A stretch of 64,000 nucleotides of DNA from Gonapodya sp. JEL0774 (taxonomy: Eukaryota), in assembly GCA_027604505.1 (NCBI GenBank), contig JADIIX010000062.1, forward strand, positions 62,001 to 126,000, written 5' to 3'. A model generated the notes under the pieces. It worked only from the letters and a program-made list of their open reading frames with translations, ran no database searches and was not told where the DNA came from. Within the stretch, counting starts at the first letter, position 1, and each line of letters starts with the position of its first letter. Below are positions 50,602 to 64,000 of the stretch, in pieces. A program made the translations under genes and the position numbers.

Positions 50602-53600
50602 ATGAACACTGGAGCTTCGCTTTTGCTTGCTCTTTTGATAACCTCCGGTGCGTGATAGTGCAAGCGTGGATGCTTTTGGACTGTCTCAATTAACAAAGAG
50701 AGAGGCCAGTTTCTCCTTCAAGCTTTCTGAGTGACAATCCTCATGCGCCCCTCTCAACCGCACCCTTGATTTATGTTGAATACTTAACTGATGCATACAT
50801 CGATATTTCGACTCTGCGGAAAGGGGAGTTTCCCTCGAGACCGCCAACTGCAGTTGCAATTCCAACAGCCAGGGACTCATTTGCGCTCTCTCTTCGCACG
50901 CGAAATGAAACATTCCTTTTGGAGCTGGAGGCATTCAGTTCCTTCGTTGCTCAGACTGCGATGGTGACCGTCCATGACATTACGGGGACGATAACGAAAC
51001 CGGTGGCTGCAAAGGTGTACACTGGGCGGGTGCTCGCCATGCAAAAGCATGATGCCGCGCAATTTTCCACGTTTCCACCTGAGTGGAATAACATGCGATC
51101 GAGAATGACTAACGACTCGACTTACACGAAAGCGGGATGGCAGGAAGTTGGGGCAGCCACCCTCACAATGTCCAATGAAACGTATTTATCCCAGTTCACA
51201 CACCCGAAGCTGGGAAGGAGTTTTCTGCAAGAGATTCCCGTATTTCGAGGGCATTTCGACGTTCGTGGTATGAACTATCATATTCAGCCTATCGAAACAT
51301 ATCGTCGCTTTCGAAGAATGGAGGATGTGGAAATTGAATTTGAATACCCCTCAAAGATGAGAAACAAAGAGGACGGCACGAAGTATCTAGGAAACCCTCG
51401 AATGGTTGTATGGAGAGATGCAGACCGGTTGCAATCTCGAGATAATCAGATTGCATCGAGTCGGTGTGCATATGGTGAACACCATCGCAATTCTACGTCA
51501 GGCAGCATTGGGGAGAGAGGCAGAGGGCATTCAGGCAGTGTATTTGACATTGCAGCTGAGAAAGCTCTTTTGCGAAGATTGGCTGTCAATCCTAGTGGAG
51601 GTTCGCACTTTGGAGAACGGGCATCAACTGGGTGCCCTGCTGCAAGTGGTCAAGCAATGCTATACATGACTGCTGTGGCTGACTGCACCTACATCTTAGC
51701 TCATGGCTCTCTGCAGCAGTCTCAAGATGCAATTTTAGCTACCTGGGCATCTGTTGCAAAAATCTATCAAACACAGTTTAACATTGATGTTGGTCTCCTT
51801 GAAGTCCAACTCTTTCCAACTTGTGGGTCCGCATCATCTCCAAGCTTCAATAGAGCTTGCTCTGCCAATTACTCAATAACCCAGGTTCTAATAAATGGGG
51901 GGAAGCAAAATATTTTTGTGCTAATATTCTTTTTCTCTTGCTCTGTATGTACTACACCAGCGGCTCAGTGACTTCAGCAGCTGGAGGGCAACAGATACCT
52001 CAAACACTTCGTCACTGGCTGGCCTTTATCATCTCATGACTAACTGTCCGTGAGCAAACTTTTGTATGGGTCAAGCCCCATCTTCTCCATCATTGCATCA
52101 CTCCCACCATTTCAGCACAGGTTCTCAGGTTGGTGTTGCATGGCTGAACACACTTTGCCAAAAGGGATCCTTTTCACAGACTGATAGCACATATGGAAAA
52201 CTGTATGTCAATGGTTGTGGGGTCAGTGCAATTCCTCCAAACCAAGTGGCAGAGCACAAAGTTGTTGCACATGAGGTGTGTAGTCTGATTTTGGTGGGGT
52301 GGCTCTACTGTGATCTTGTTATTACTCTGACTTGCTCTTGTATAAGATTGGGCACAATTTTGGCAGGTACACTCCATGGTCAGCAATTCATCATTTTGCA
52401 GTTGACATGGATCTCTCTTCTCAGTATTCATGATTGTGATGCTCAGACTTGTTCAAGCACAAATAATAACCCAAGCACTACCTCCTGCTGCCAATGTAAT
52501 GGATGCTCTTGCAATTCTCAGTATTTGGTGTGTTTTACCTTTTCTTTCATTGCATTTTCATTTTGCAAATCCCCAGGCAATGTCTGAATTACTCCAGATG
52601 AATCCATATGACAATGCACAGACAGACTCATTTTCACCCTGCACTCAAGATCTAATCTGCTCCAAAATCAGAACTCTTGGAAGTTGCCTTGAAAGTGAGC
52701 GGAAATCATTACATATTGATGAAATAAGGATAACAATAGAGGCTTCCCCAGTACCTGGAAAGTATACCACAGTCTCAAAGTTTGTTTGTGGCAATGGTAT
52801 TCGTGAAGGAACTGAGCAATGTGACTGTGGTGGAGTAGCTGGTTGCCTGAATGATCCTTGTTGCACATCAAACTGCACCCTCAAGGCAGGAGCACTATGT
52901 TCACCAAAAACTGATCAGTGCTGCTCACAAACTTGCCAGTTGAAAGGAAAAGGCACACTGTGCAGAAACATGACGTAGGTCATTCTTCCCTCTCTTTTGC
53001 TCAAGAATTTTGCCTTATGATCCCTCATGAACAGTGGAGCTTGTGATGTTTCAGAATATTGTGATGGTGAAAGTACAATATGTCCTAAGGATTTGTTTGT
53101 TGCTAATGGTTCTCCGTGCAATGGCACAGATGAGCTTGCAACCTACAAGTGTGCAAATGGTAAGCATATTGCAACTCTCATGAGATCCACTTGTTACTAG
53201 AAGTACTAGAACTTTTATTTCAGGTGTTTGTACAAATGCTGATAAGCAGTGCCGGGACCGAAATCCTTCCATAACTCTTGTTAACGCTACCAGTGCACAA
53301 CAGTACATAACAGGGGTAGGTTTTCCTTGAATTCCTCTCTCACAGTAAAATGTGAGGTAACTTTTCACCTATGTTGAAGAGATGCACAAACTTTGGACGA
53401 ACTTGTTCAATGTTTTGTAGTTCTCTGTTTGGAGAATGTTTATCGTTGGAGGGATCTTTGTGAGTAACAAAACTTACCCTCTTATAGATATAACCATTAA
53501 GTTACCATCACTTAGCTTATCTGGGACAGAATGTGGAGACTCTGGGTTTTGTCTGCCTGATGGAACCTGTTCAAACCCAGATTTAGCAACCATTATCACA

Positions 53601-53891
53601 GAATGGGTGCGTGGAAATAGTGCAGTGGCTATACCCATGGCAGTAAGTTGAGATTTCTGAGTGGTATCCCCGTTTCAAGAGCTTAGAATGAACACCCCAT
53701 AATTTTTTGAGATTGGCATCTTTGTGCTTCTGATTGGAATCATGTCCTGGGCTCTGAAAAGGCCGAAGTTTTCCAGAAAACAGATAGAGAACCAAATTTT
53801 ATCTTTAGAGTCCCCAGATCCAGCAACTAAAATCACTACAGCTGAACAGACTATCCAAAAAAGTAGAAGAGGTGTGACAATCCTTCTGTAG
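50602..53891 (+). CDS. ADAM-family zinc metalloprotease-disintegrin (signal peptide, prodomain, reprolysin, disintegrin, Cys-rich, TM)
   Basis: Signal-like MNTGASLLLALLITS; AVADCTY; VGVAWLNTLC; spliced HE|IGHNFGS|IHDC zinc motif; Met-turn MNP; CGNGIREGTEQCDCG; CDVSEYCDG; a TM segment, then TAG at 53889-53891. Confidence 0.88.
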
Positions 53892-54479
53892 GGAAAAAAA
53901 TATATCTACACTGAACTGCTTATTTAAACTTCTGTTTACAACCACTTAGAGCCCAGGAATGGGCTTTTTCTTAGAAAAACTCTGTAACCCATAAATCTAG
54001 TGATAGAAGCCAATACTATCATGAAGAACATAGCCTATTAGTTGATCTATCAAGAAAAACTCTCTGTGTGGAGTGATGAGGATTGGTGATGACAGGAGAG
54101 TTATTGATGTCTGGGCATACAACAATCAATTCATTGAAAGATTCTGACACCCCCATGCATCATCACACCATGTGCTAAGCACTGCCAATAGATGTACAGT
54201 AAAAAGGCTTATGTACTGAATTTGGAGCTTTCAAAGTGTTGATGATTATGTGTGTGACAATCCCCACCCACAAAAGTGCACTTTCTGAAATGGGGACTTG
54301 CAGGATCACTCAAAAAATTTGGTATATCGTTGTTCTCTATAATAGCTACTGTATTTTGTCACGTTTTTTACACCCCAACCCTGTAAATAACTCCAACAAC
54401 CATAAAATCAACCCAAGCTGCACCTGTAAAAGGATGTAAGGTTACCATAATCTCTTGAGCAATTGGGATAAATGTGTAT

Positions 54480-57150
54480 TCACAATGTTAGCAAATCTAG
54501 TCTAGGGTTTCCCCATGAGTCACGTTCAACACATTGGGGATAGACAGTTCTAAGGAATACATACATATCCTCTTGCCAGTTTGTCCAAAAATTGAGGGAA
54601 TACATAGGGAGAAGAATATGTACACCCTCGAAAATATGCTGGAAGAGTGATGGGTACCTCATAATGAACAGCAGTGTGACACACAAAAATCCACAGCTAT
54701 GACCATCTCCCTGGTTCCAAAACAGAGTCCAAACACGATTTCTCGGTGATGGTGCTATTGCTAGCGTGAGAATTTGGTTCAAAGCACTGCAACATGCCTC
54801 CAAGTTGGCATCATAATGGTGGGGATCACCACTCTTATCCATCACAATAATTTAGCAGTGGAAGTTGTCCTCGTTGACAATGAAAAAGTGATAGTCTCAG
54901 AGATCCATTTGTAGCTTCCTCACAAACTTGTTGCTCATCCGCAAAATGAATTCATCTCTCAAGTGGTTGGGGTTTTGAAATGGAAAGATAACTTGAGAGG
55001 AGAAATAGGAGATGGATGGTTGCTTTTGTTGCCTGTCCCACAGGTCATTAACTGGCAATAGAAACAGATCTAGGATGATGTCACTCCAGATCTGTGTTCC
55101 AGTGAGATAAAACACCTCCTCAAGAGCAGTACCATCAGGAAACACAATTCTTAAGACAAAATAATGCATGAGTTCAATACTGGTCTTCAAACATATGCAT
55201 TGGTGTACCTTCTGAATTCATCCTCAAAGGCTGCCCTGTCTTGAACCGAAACAGGGACAAGGGAAGTGGCCATGAGGGATTGGAAGTTGATCCAGAGGTG
55301 CTATGCCAGTGGCTGTGGCTGTCCAATGGGGACACATGAATGCAGCTTTGATCCTTTTGAGGGCTTGGTCAGTGCCTTGGGGTCCAGGACAGCAGAATTT
55401 GTTGCTTACAACAGTGTGGAGATTGCTGTGTCAGTATAGGAAGAGAGATCCAGTATGCACTCTTCAATGTCCTCTATGGGGAACTTAAAATTTGTTCTAT
55501 ATAGCACACAGGGATACTTAGAAGGGAATGATGAACTTCCAGAAGTAAGATTGTACATACCTTGGTTCCAAAGTTGATGCAGACAGTGACCATCCAGTCC
55601 ACTTGACCAGTTACATCCTTAACTGGCCAGCATCTCCTCTGAATCCCAGAATTGCTCCAACTTCAAACTCCTCTACTCCTCCAGGCACTGCAAGTGTTGT
55701 CAGAGCAATGTCATCTGTGGACATAGTTGCTGCAATGTCCCTGAGGTTTTGCTGGTGGAACCTCCTTGCTGCTTGTGCGCCAGGTACATCATCCAAGTTC
55801 TGGCCCTGGTGAATCTGTCGCAACTGGTACAGGTATTTCTCACAGTGGACTTTGATGATTGTTGCCACGTGAGCCTAGACTGGTCCTGGCTGTTTACAGA
55901 GACCCTGAACCACCTTGCAAACAAACACTCAGCCTCCCACCCTGAGGTGCTGAGGAAGTTGGGCCATTTGACTCAATGACCTACAACAAAGTCAGTATCA
56001 CCCAGGTAGAAGGTTACAAACCAGGGACTCACCTTGCCACCACTTTTGCTCCTGCTGCGACCATGTTTTTGTGAGCATATACAATGAGTTGTTGGTGCTC
56101 CTCCTGTGATAATGAAGGCTATTTGGTGCATAGAAGCTGGCAGCGGTCCTGCCATAGAGTAGCTTGTCAGGTGTGCACTTGGTTGTTGAGTGGTGCTCAT
56201 GGTTGTAAGTCAATATGACAGCCTGCAGAATGTCCTCTGCATCCTTGAGAGAGCAGTGGTTGGGGTCCAGACCTTTGGTGCGCATTCTGTGCCATACCCT
56301 TGCTTTACTGTTTGATGAGCCCTATCAATGGATCCTTGATTCTGGGGACGGTAGGGCTGGCCATGGATATGTTCAACTCCAAACTCCTTGTGCATTTTCA
56401 TGCCGTTTTTAGATTGATTCCTTGCCATTGTCACTTAGAAATCTACACATAGTCTGTTGGAACAGCAGTGTACAAATTCCTAACAAACATTTTGACGTTC
56501 TCTGCAGTGTGTTGACAATAAAGGCCGCCCCAAAACTTTTTGCTGAAGTGATCAACGGCAAGGAGCATGTTGTGGCTGTGGAGCTTGGTGAAGTCATAGA
56601 CATAAATCTCTTTAGGATGCATAGTAATGATAAGGAGGACCGGCACCGGATTTGGTGCAGCGTGAGATGTGATGCACTGTGAGCATCGAGAGATGAGGGA
56701 ATGGAAGATGGAATACAGTGTGCCAAGGCAGACGCTGGTGGAGCACTTCTCCCAAGTGCGATTGATGCCTGGGTGAGTGCCATGCTCAGAGGACAGGTGG
56801 TTGTGACTGTAGAGTTTGAGAAACTGCAAATAACAGTTGGTTTGTTTGTTCATCATGTCATTGAAAAATGCAAAAGGAGAAGGTACACACTCACTTCATA
56901 TACTGAGTGGTGCACAAGTAAAACTTTGACCACTGGAGTCAAACTTCAAAGTTAGCAACACAAATGTCAAACCATTGAGTAACATGAATTACCTTGTGTT
57001 TGGATAACATGCCAACTCTTGCAATAGAGGCTGGAAACTGCGTGTACTGAATGTATGTAGCAATCACAGAGTGTTTGATGAAGTATGCCTTCAGTCGGTA
57101 GTACTCATCAAAGTTGAGATCAACATTTGCGGCGGGATGTCAGAATACAG
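54480..57150 (-). mobile_element. Decayed Ginger/TDD-like DDE-integrase transposon relic with chromodomain and Ulp1-like (C48) protease remnants
   Basis: HHCC finger (H..HPGINRT..CSQC), DFT..AVDHFSK, SDNGKE, HGQPYRPQNQGSIDRAH. Chromo-like EFEVGAIL..M*LVKWTGW..STLEP. Protease-like FFIVNEDNFHC..HYDA..QGDGHSCG. Multiple stops and frameshifts. Element boundaries not found. Confidence 0.8.
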
Positions 57151-57279
57151 GTGCCCTCTCATGTGTGCAACTTAGTATATTACACACCGGCACACTCATC
57201 TAGTATACACTTATAGTAAAAACAACACCACGCAACACCACACAACCTCACACATATCCAATACTCCCCCTGATCATTT

Positions 57280-59500
57280 ACTTCATGATCCACTTTGAAT
57301 GTTGACCATCCCAATTTCCGCCCTGCACTTCTTAAAGGTTTCCTTAAGTAAGAACTTAGGTAATAAATCAGCAGTGTTCTTCAACAGGTTTTGAATCCAA
57401 AGTCTGATTTCATTCTGTATGTTTGAGACAATTGTGAACGCTGCTCCATTCAAAAGTCTGTATCCAGTTTGCTTCTCTACATGTGACCCCAAGGAGGTCA
57501 CGTCCGGAAGTCAGAGGAATCTGGAACAGAATGTATAAATGTAGAAACAAACAATACACAGCGCTGACGTTCCTTCCTGGAATAGAAGCGCTACGAGTCA
57601 AACCTAAAGAACTACTCCTGCTGGTCTACAACACCCCATGCAGCAGCTGCACCACAAACAAACCCCTAAGACAACAATGACCGTTCATCATCTAACTAAC
57701 CCAACTCTGATCTAGCGGTAAGCCTAGCACGTCACCAAAGGTGACATCTACATATCTGAGAGGTGACAGTTCATCACAATTCCGCCATTTTCTCACCCTG
57801 TGATGTGACTTCTCTTGACAAGGCACATCACAATATTTGGTGGCACTTCAGATCTGCCCCTGATGATGAACACATCCTACTAAAAGTACTCTGCTTTGTG
57901 CTTTGACATCAGATCCACTAGCTTGTGCACAGTTCATCTGTGAAGTAACAATTGTGCTGTCAAAGGGGTCCAACAAATGCCACATGGCAACTTCATAGTT
58001 GGAATAATTTGATGTTTCATCAAGAAAGCATTGCAAAGTCTCTGTATTCACACTCAAAACATGTGATAACAGCTCATTCTGGTTTGCTTTGTCTTTCTGC
58101 TGTATCATTATTGAATGCACCTGCATGATAGTTTCAAAGCTCACACATTTGCTTTGGCTTGCAATTGCTCCTCCAATTCCCATTCTCATGTGCTTTTGTG
58201 GCTCTGGCGGTTCAATCACTTGGGGCTTCAAATGCCAAAACATATTCTCCCCAGTGATGAGATAAAGTTCCAATCATCTCAAATTATCTCCAAAACTCTC
58301 TATTTTCTGGAGATTTGACTCCATTCTGTGACACATCAATTCACTTTGAGAATTGCATGAGGAGTCAGAAATTAGCAATAATAGACTGTGCAGCACAATA
58401 TTGAGACTTGAATCTGAAAAGTGGAGAATCCCAAACAACAACCACAAAAACATAGTAGAAAGTGAATATGAGCCAATTTACTGATCTGAGTTTAGCTCAA
58501 TCAAGATTGTGCTTTTGATGTTTGAGTGAAACTTTGTGAACGTAATTGTTTCATAAATTTTAGCTGCTGCTTTAATGGGCATAACAGTTGCGGCGTTTTT
58601 TGTCTTCAAACACTCGCAAGACTGATCCTCAGAATGATTGATCAAATACTCATTCCTGCATGTCACATTGAATGTACAAAGCTGCTTGTTGGAGTAAAAG
58701 CTTCTCAAAGCAATGTTTTGTGTCATTCCAATTCCCACTCTGGGGGGAAGGCCCTTGGGGCAGATTCTGCGGATTTTTAGAGTGTATTTTCTGATAATGC
58801 TCTCACCCCTTCAATAACGCCCCAGCGTTGAACAGACTGCCTGTAGTTTTAGGGGTCAATCTTGGGAGGTGTGACCAGGCCCACTCCATTACAAAGGGGG
58901 CCCAATCACCACTTACAAGATCGTATAAGATAAATACCCAAAACCCCATCGATTTCAACCATCGCTCCCATGGAAGGAAACATTCAGCAACTCATCAATT
59001 GTTACTGCCTCCCCAGCAATCGCCAAATTGCCCTGAAGGATATCTGCCCAGACCATGGGAAGTTTGAGCAAGATCAGGAATGCTATGAGACAGGCATCAA
59101 GGAGCTCATGCAAGCGTTTGATAAGCTGTTCATTTCGATTGTTCTCAGGATTAGCCTATTCCAGGACCACCAATGCCAAGCTGGGCTGGCTCCCAACAAG
59201 CGTTGTGATCCTCATCAAGCTGGGAAACGGACTTTACAGCATTGTTGACAGAATTGTCGCCTTCTTGTGATCATCTGCCTCAAGGAGCTGGGCGAGGATA
59301 TAGAATCTCTTCCAGGTCTTCTGGAGGGACAATGACTGTCACTGTGATTGTTCTAAGGGTAAGTCTTCGATAACTTTCCCAACTCAAGTCTTGACATTGT
59401 GGACAGTGAACAAGGAGTGATGGCCATTTCAATGATTTTCAGTCATGCTGTCTCAGTTTTGGGTGGGCCAGAAGCTACATAGCACAGCCACAGGCCCAAC
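57280..59500. other. CpG-poor region with short broken ORFs; probably further decayed repeat/TE sequence
   Basis: Only short ORFs with no recognisable motif. Composition matches the adjacent TE relic. Confidence 0.35.
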
Positions 59501-59623
59501 TTCTTGTGAGCAGACTATACATGGGACGATCAATAATTTAGATTGATTACGCAACTGCATGCTGTCATTATTACACCAATTTATTCAAAAATCAAGGAAA
59601 GCATGCTCAACACAAATGCTTCC

Positions 59624-62600
59624 TCAGTTTGCTGTGTTAATAACTTTTCTAGAAGTACCCATGCGCTTTCTGGAAGCTTGGTTTCCCCTCAATGCTGGAA
59701 GAGAGCAATAATTGAGTGCTGCACTAAAAATTCACAATGTAATTAAACACACACCAAGATTGCGGGCTCTTTCATGATTTGATTGAACATTTCGAAAATG
59801 TTGGAGGAGATCCTGCCAGGATACAAAATTCTCTGAGATTGGACCTGAAGGCACACTAGAGGATCTATTTGATAGTGTTGTGGAGTTACTGTTCGCTCAA
59901 AAAAGAACGACTTAGCTCATTTGTGAATTCTCAAAGCAGGCATTTGTAGATTGCTTACATCATATCAGATCTGCTGCGCAAGAACTGAGAACCTGCTGAA
60001 GAGGGCCCAGTTTGGCCACTTCTTAGGGGTGGTGCCTGTGTCTGATGGTGAGTGGATAACATAACCATGCTACCAACACTGTTTAAGCGATTTCGGAGTG
60101 TTGCAAAAGCTGATGATTGTGGTAGGAGCATCAAGATTCCATAAAGGCATTTGAACAGAAAAGGATACTGGTCAGGTTCCAGCAACTGCATTCTCAGGTC
60201 TATTGATTCAAAGCAATGTGTAGGAATGTTGATTTCAAACCAAATAAACACAAGGATTGGCACTTACAAGTGAACACAGGGGATTCTAGGAGCTGCACTA
60301 ATTTATCTACTTGTATTAACAAGTTGACTGTAATCTCTAAATCTGCACTGAAAACACACCATGGTAAGTTGGGAGACATCACATGCTAACATCACAATTG
60401 TGGTAGGCTCTCACAAAGTTGCCAGCAAATTGGAGGCATGCTCATAAGCTTGTGCTAGAAGACACAGTGCAAATGTTGCAACAGGGTTGTGACACCAGCT
60501 TCTATACAGAGCGACAAACAAGGCTGGACCACTATTTGGTGTTCGTTCTGTTTTCATTCCTTTTGAGGAAACCTCAAGGTTATGAAGTGGATCTAATGAC
60601 TTCAGTCTTCTTCTGAGATCTGCAAGCTCAGGTGCAGTTATGAGTATAATATTCAAATTTTGGACCATAGTAGAAGCAAAATCTAAGTCCTTATTTCCAG
60701 CACTTGCATTAACACAAATGAAGGTGCAAAATCAAAGCAACATACCTCATCTTGCTCAAGAATTTCAGCCATACAGCAATAGATTCGCTCTGGCTCTAGG
60801 CTTAAACACAACTGTCGAACAATCAAGCTCCCACGGGTTTCAAGAAGCCTTCTATCAGTCATAAACAAGTTCAAGAGATGCCTGATGAATCTGATGAAAT
60901 ATTCATCACTGGGATCAGTAGAGGCATGCTCTGCAATCTGGGCTAAGAGCTGAAGATCCCTTTTGACTACTTCTTCCGATACGTCACTGAGCATGTTCAA
61001 AAGAGTAAGTGGAATCTCTGGTGCTGAGGATATCACCTTGCAAAAGCAACAAAACGATAAGGAGACACATCAAAGGAATGACTGAACTCACTCACATTCC
61101 TGGGTGCTTTCTTATGAAGCATTGTCATCCATTTAATAGCAGCTACTCGAGTCTCCTCATGACTGTTGACCAATTGAGCAGTCAGGGCATGCATAATAGA
61201 TTGATAATCAATAGGATCTGCTTTCCCAAGGTCCTTAGCTGCGTCCTTCTTTGATTTGTGGCCTGATAGATCCAAACTCAAAACAAGATTGTACAGGTTT
61301 GAGTTGGTACTCTGGGCAACTACACTAATACTTGAGTTTGAGTGTGCAAGACATGGAAGAACTGAACCAACTAAGACAGGAATGTACGGTGTCAAGGATT
61401 TGCCAGATAAAGTAATGAACTCATTGATCCAATGCATGGCAGTTTGTTGCATTTGGTCATCTGCAGAATTCAGTAAAAGCAAATTAGTAATCGTTATTCT
61501 TGAAAGGAAACAGCTGCTCCCTCATTACCTGAACTTGTAAGATGTGGACTTAAAATTTCCACCATGCGAGAATAGTGCAGAGTAACACCCTGTCCTGGCT
61601 CATACCCTTTTGACCCAAAGGACCCATCACTCTCCTCTTGCTCATGATCTCCATCCTGCTCTCCTTCTCTTTCAATGTATGAATCACCTTCCAGCAGCTT
61701 CCTTTCCACAAATTCATCATCTGATTCCCTCCGATACCTCAAATCTGTAAGATAATCCACAAACCACAGTTTAAAAATCAAGAGTGGCAGATGGCGTTTT
61801 GTGTAGAGAAGAAACCTCACCAGTATTTGCTTTTGAGAGGGACATTGCAGAATTTCTTAATTTACCAACGTCTTGGCTTGGTTGTGGTTTGACCATTGTG
61901 CCTGGTGATGTTACTGACAATTTGTTTTGTTCCTGTCCCTTTTCCCTGTCTTGAATGCCCTTCAGTGTGGGAGCTTTGGATTTCCTTTTATGCAAATCCT
62001 CAACACGCTTTATCTCTTTCAGAAATTCACCCAGGATGTTCAAGGTCAATGTCCGCACATCAGGATTTGGGTCTGAGAGGTAACTGAAAAGTCCATCAAG
62101 AAACTCAGGAAGGAATGCAATGAGCTCAAGTTCAGGAATTGAGTCAAGCAATTGAATCCACAGCACCAGGAATGTGCGGGTAAATGGGTTCAATGTTTGA
62201 ATCCTCTCACGAAGGAGAGGAATGAATTGAGTAAGTGAAAAGGTAAATGTTCGTGGCATTACAGGTGGAACCGTGGTCATATCAAGTGGATTGTCAGAGT
62301 TGATAACTGTGAGAGCATCAGTGTTTGCCGCATCCACCGAGTCTTCTCCATTTAGCGCTCCTGAGGCATAGTTTGACTGTTCAGATACAATATCCTTCAG
62401 CAATCTATCAAGCAGCTCTGCACCAGTTTTCACAGAGGGCTCAGAGTCTGCAGCAAGCTTCCGACACCGAAAAGGTCTCAACGGAAACACGGCGCGAAGA
62501 GACACACACACCTGACCGTACCTTACTTAAAATGTCAAAAAGCTCGTTGAAATAACGCAATATGTCTCCACGTGCAACTTTTGCAATGTTGTACATGCTT

Positions 62601-63213
62601 TCACAAGCATAGTATCGCACGCGATTATCCTGATCATTGAAACAAGCAAGCACTGGAGGCATGATGTCGGCGAGGTAGCTCACCAGGTCCTACACTCAGT
62701 TCAACAGAATCACTTCAGTCGATGACAAAGCGAAAAATGCTTATCACTCAGAGAACTGATAACGCACCGGTCCAAGGGCTATTGCAGCACCCGCAAGACC
62801 AATCAGACCGCCATTTCTCGCATTCGGCATCTGAAAGTTGTAGGTGAAATCGTTCACCAGGGATTGAATGATGTTGTAGATTCGTGAGTCATCCTTGTTC
62901 GTTTGAGCCTCGCGGACGAGCCTGGCATGCAGACAGTCAAAAATAATAGATATCACAGATACGTGAGTGCCGCTCACTTTTCCACATCAAGTGCTGCCCC
63001 CTTGCGTTTTTCATAGCTGCACAATTAGTATTTCGGAATGTTAAACGATCGGGTGATCGAAACATGGAGTAGTGACACAAGATTCGAGACTCACAGCTTG
63101 TCCTGGAGTCCCTTCGTGATTCTGTCATTCAAAGCCGGCGAATTGGACGAAGGAGTCGCTGCCGATATGGCAAGCGAGGATATCGATCCGGGACGAGTGG
63201 CAGCGGACGCCAT
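59624..63213 (-). CDS. VAC14: Vac14, scaffold of the PI(3,5)P2-regulating Fab1/Fig4 complex
   Basis: [110 protein letters not shown]. The 3' end is approximate. Confidence 0.95.
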
Positions 63214-64000
63214 TAACAGAATGTGCAACTAACTCCAGCTGTTTTTGGGCAGGTGAACGAGGCCACATGACATGACTTCACAGATTGCACAAAATTTTGC
63301 GATAAGACACGGGAAAACCCCTCGTTGACAATCACTTGCACGTGACGTGCAAATGTTTGTCGTTGCTTCTCGCAACTTCCGTCGACAGTGTGGATACCAA
63401 GCGATGCATAGATGATCGATGGTGCGTCTTCACTCCGCATGGCATTTACAACACTCCATCCGCTTCATCCTTCCAGTTTCACTTCTTTTCTCCTCCTAGA
63501 TATATGCCGTTTTCGACCTCTTTTATCTCCGCTTTGGCTGCCCGAATGGTGTGACCATGCTCCACAGGCGCTTCCACCACCGGCAAGTTGTGTACCTGGC
63601 TTGCAAGGCATCTGGCATGACTGTCGTCATCGCCATCCATTTTGCCCATGCAGCCCTCATTTTTAGTAATCGACTTCCGGCATGGCACTTTTTACTGCAT
63701 GAGGGTGTTATCATTGATGGTTGTGCTCTCTCTCGCAAAAGTTCGCTTGATGAGGGCGCAGGGAGTTTACTACGGTAGTGCTTTTTAGACTGCTCATGTC
63801 GCCAGATTGCGATTAGAGAGCGGTTGCCTTTTCCCTTGAGTGGTGGTAGTGGTAGGAAAGGTCAAGTGGTAAGAGTCATGACATTTCCTCCTTGTCTTCG
63901 GCAATATTGCATGCCACCAATCTTCTCACTATGACTCCAGGCCGCGCTACATTCCGCATTCTGACGACTAGGGCGTATCGCCGCAATATCCTGCGGATTC

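Noticed and set aside
54160..57735. Possible terminal inverted repeats (TGTGCTAAGCACTGCCAATAGATG at ~54170 versus GATCTAGCGGTAAGCCTAGCACG at ~57710)
   Set aside because: The match is short and gapped, and no target-site duplication was identified.
59760..59830. Suspected frameshift in the VAC14 C-terminal exon
   Set aside because: Re-reading gives an open frame ([19 protein letters not shown]).
63336..64000. Short ORFs at the right edge
   Set aside because: No recognisable motif or consistent exon structure, so a gene call cannot be supported.

Overview
Intron-rich, gene-dense eukaryotic genomic DNA, most consistent with a flagellated early-diverging (chytrid/monoblepharid-like) fungus. That assignment is an inference from a Hydin-like ASH protein, an RJL GTPase, a fungal-type ADAM and short GT-AG introns. 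Gene models were spliced by eye, so exon boundaries are approximate unless given. Left to right the window holds: a partial Ser/Pro-rich protein with a PP1-docking-like motif; a low-complexity gene; a ~15.8 kb gene for a giant helical-repeat plus ASH/Ig-like repeat protein; a Pro/Ser-rich ORF; and a same-strand trio of an H-NOX+HNOBA membrane protein that lacks any cyclase domain, an FABP/lipocalin-like beta-barrel and a TmcB/TmcC-like membrane protein. These are followed by an F-box protein, a VHS-GAT adaptor head-to-head with a divergent long-tailed histone H4 variant, an RPE65-family carotenoid oxygenase, a Bni4/Phactr-like PP1 regulator, RIX7/NVL, an RJL GTPase, an ADAM metalloprotease, a decayed integrase-chromodomain-Ulp1 transposon inside an ~11 kb CpG-depleted domain, and VAC14. 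The best candidates for something undescribed are the cyclase-less, membrane-anchored H-NOX gas sensor with its neighbours, and the H4 variant.
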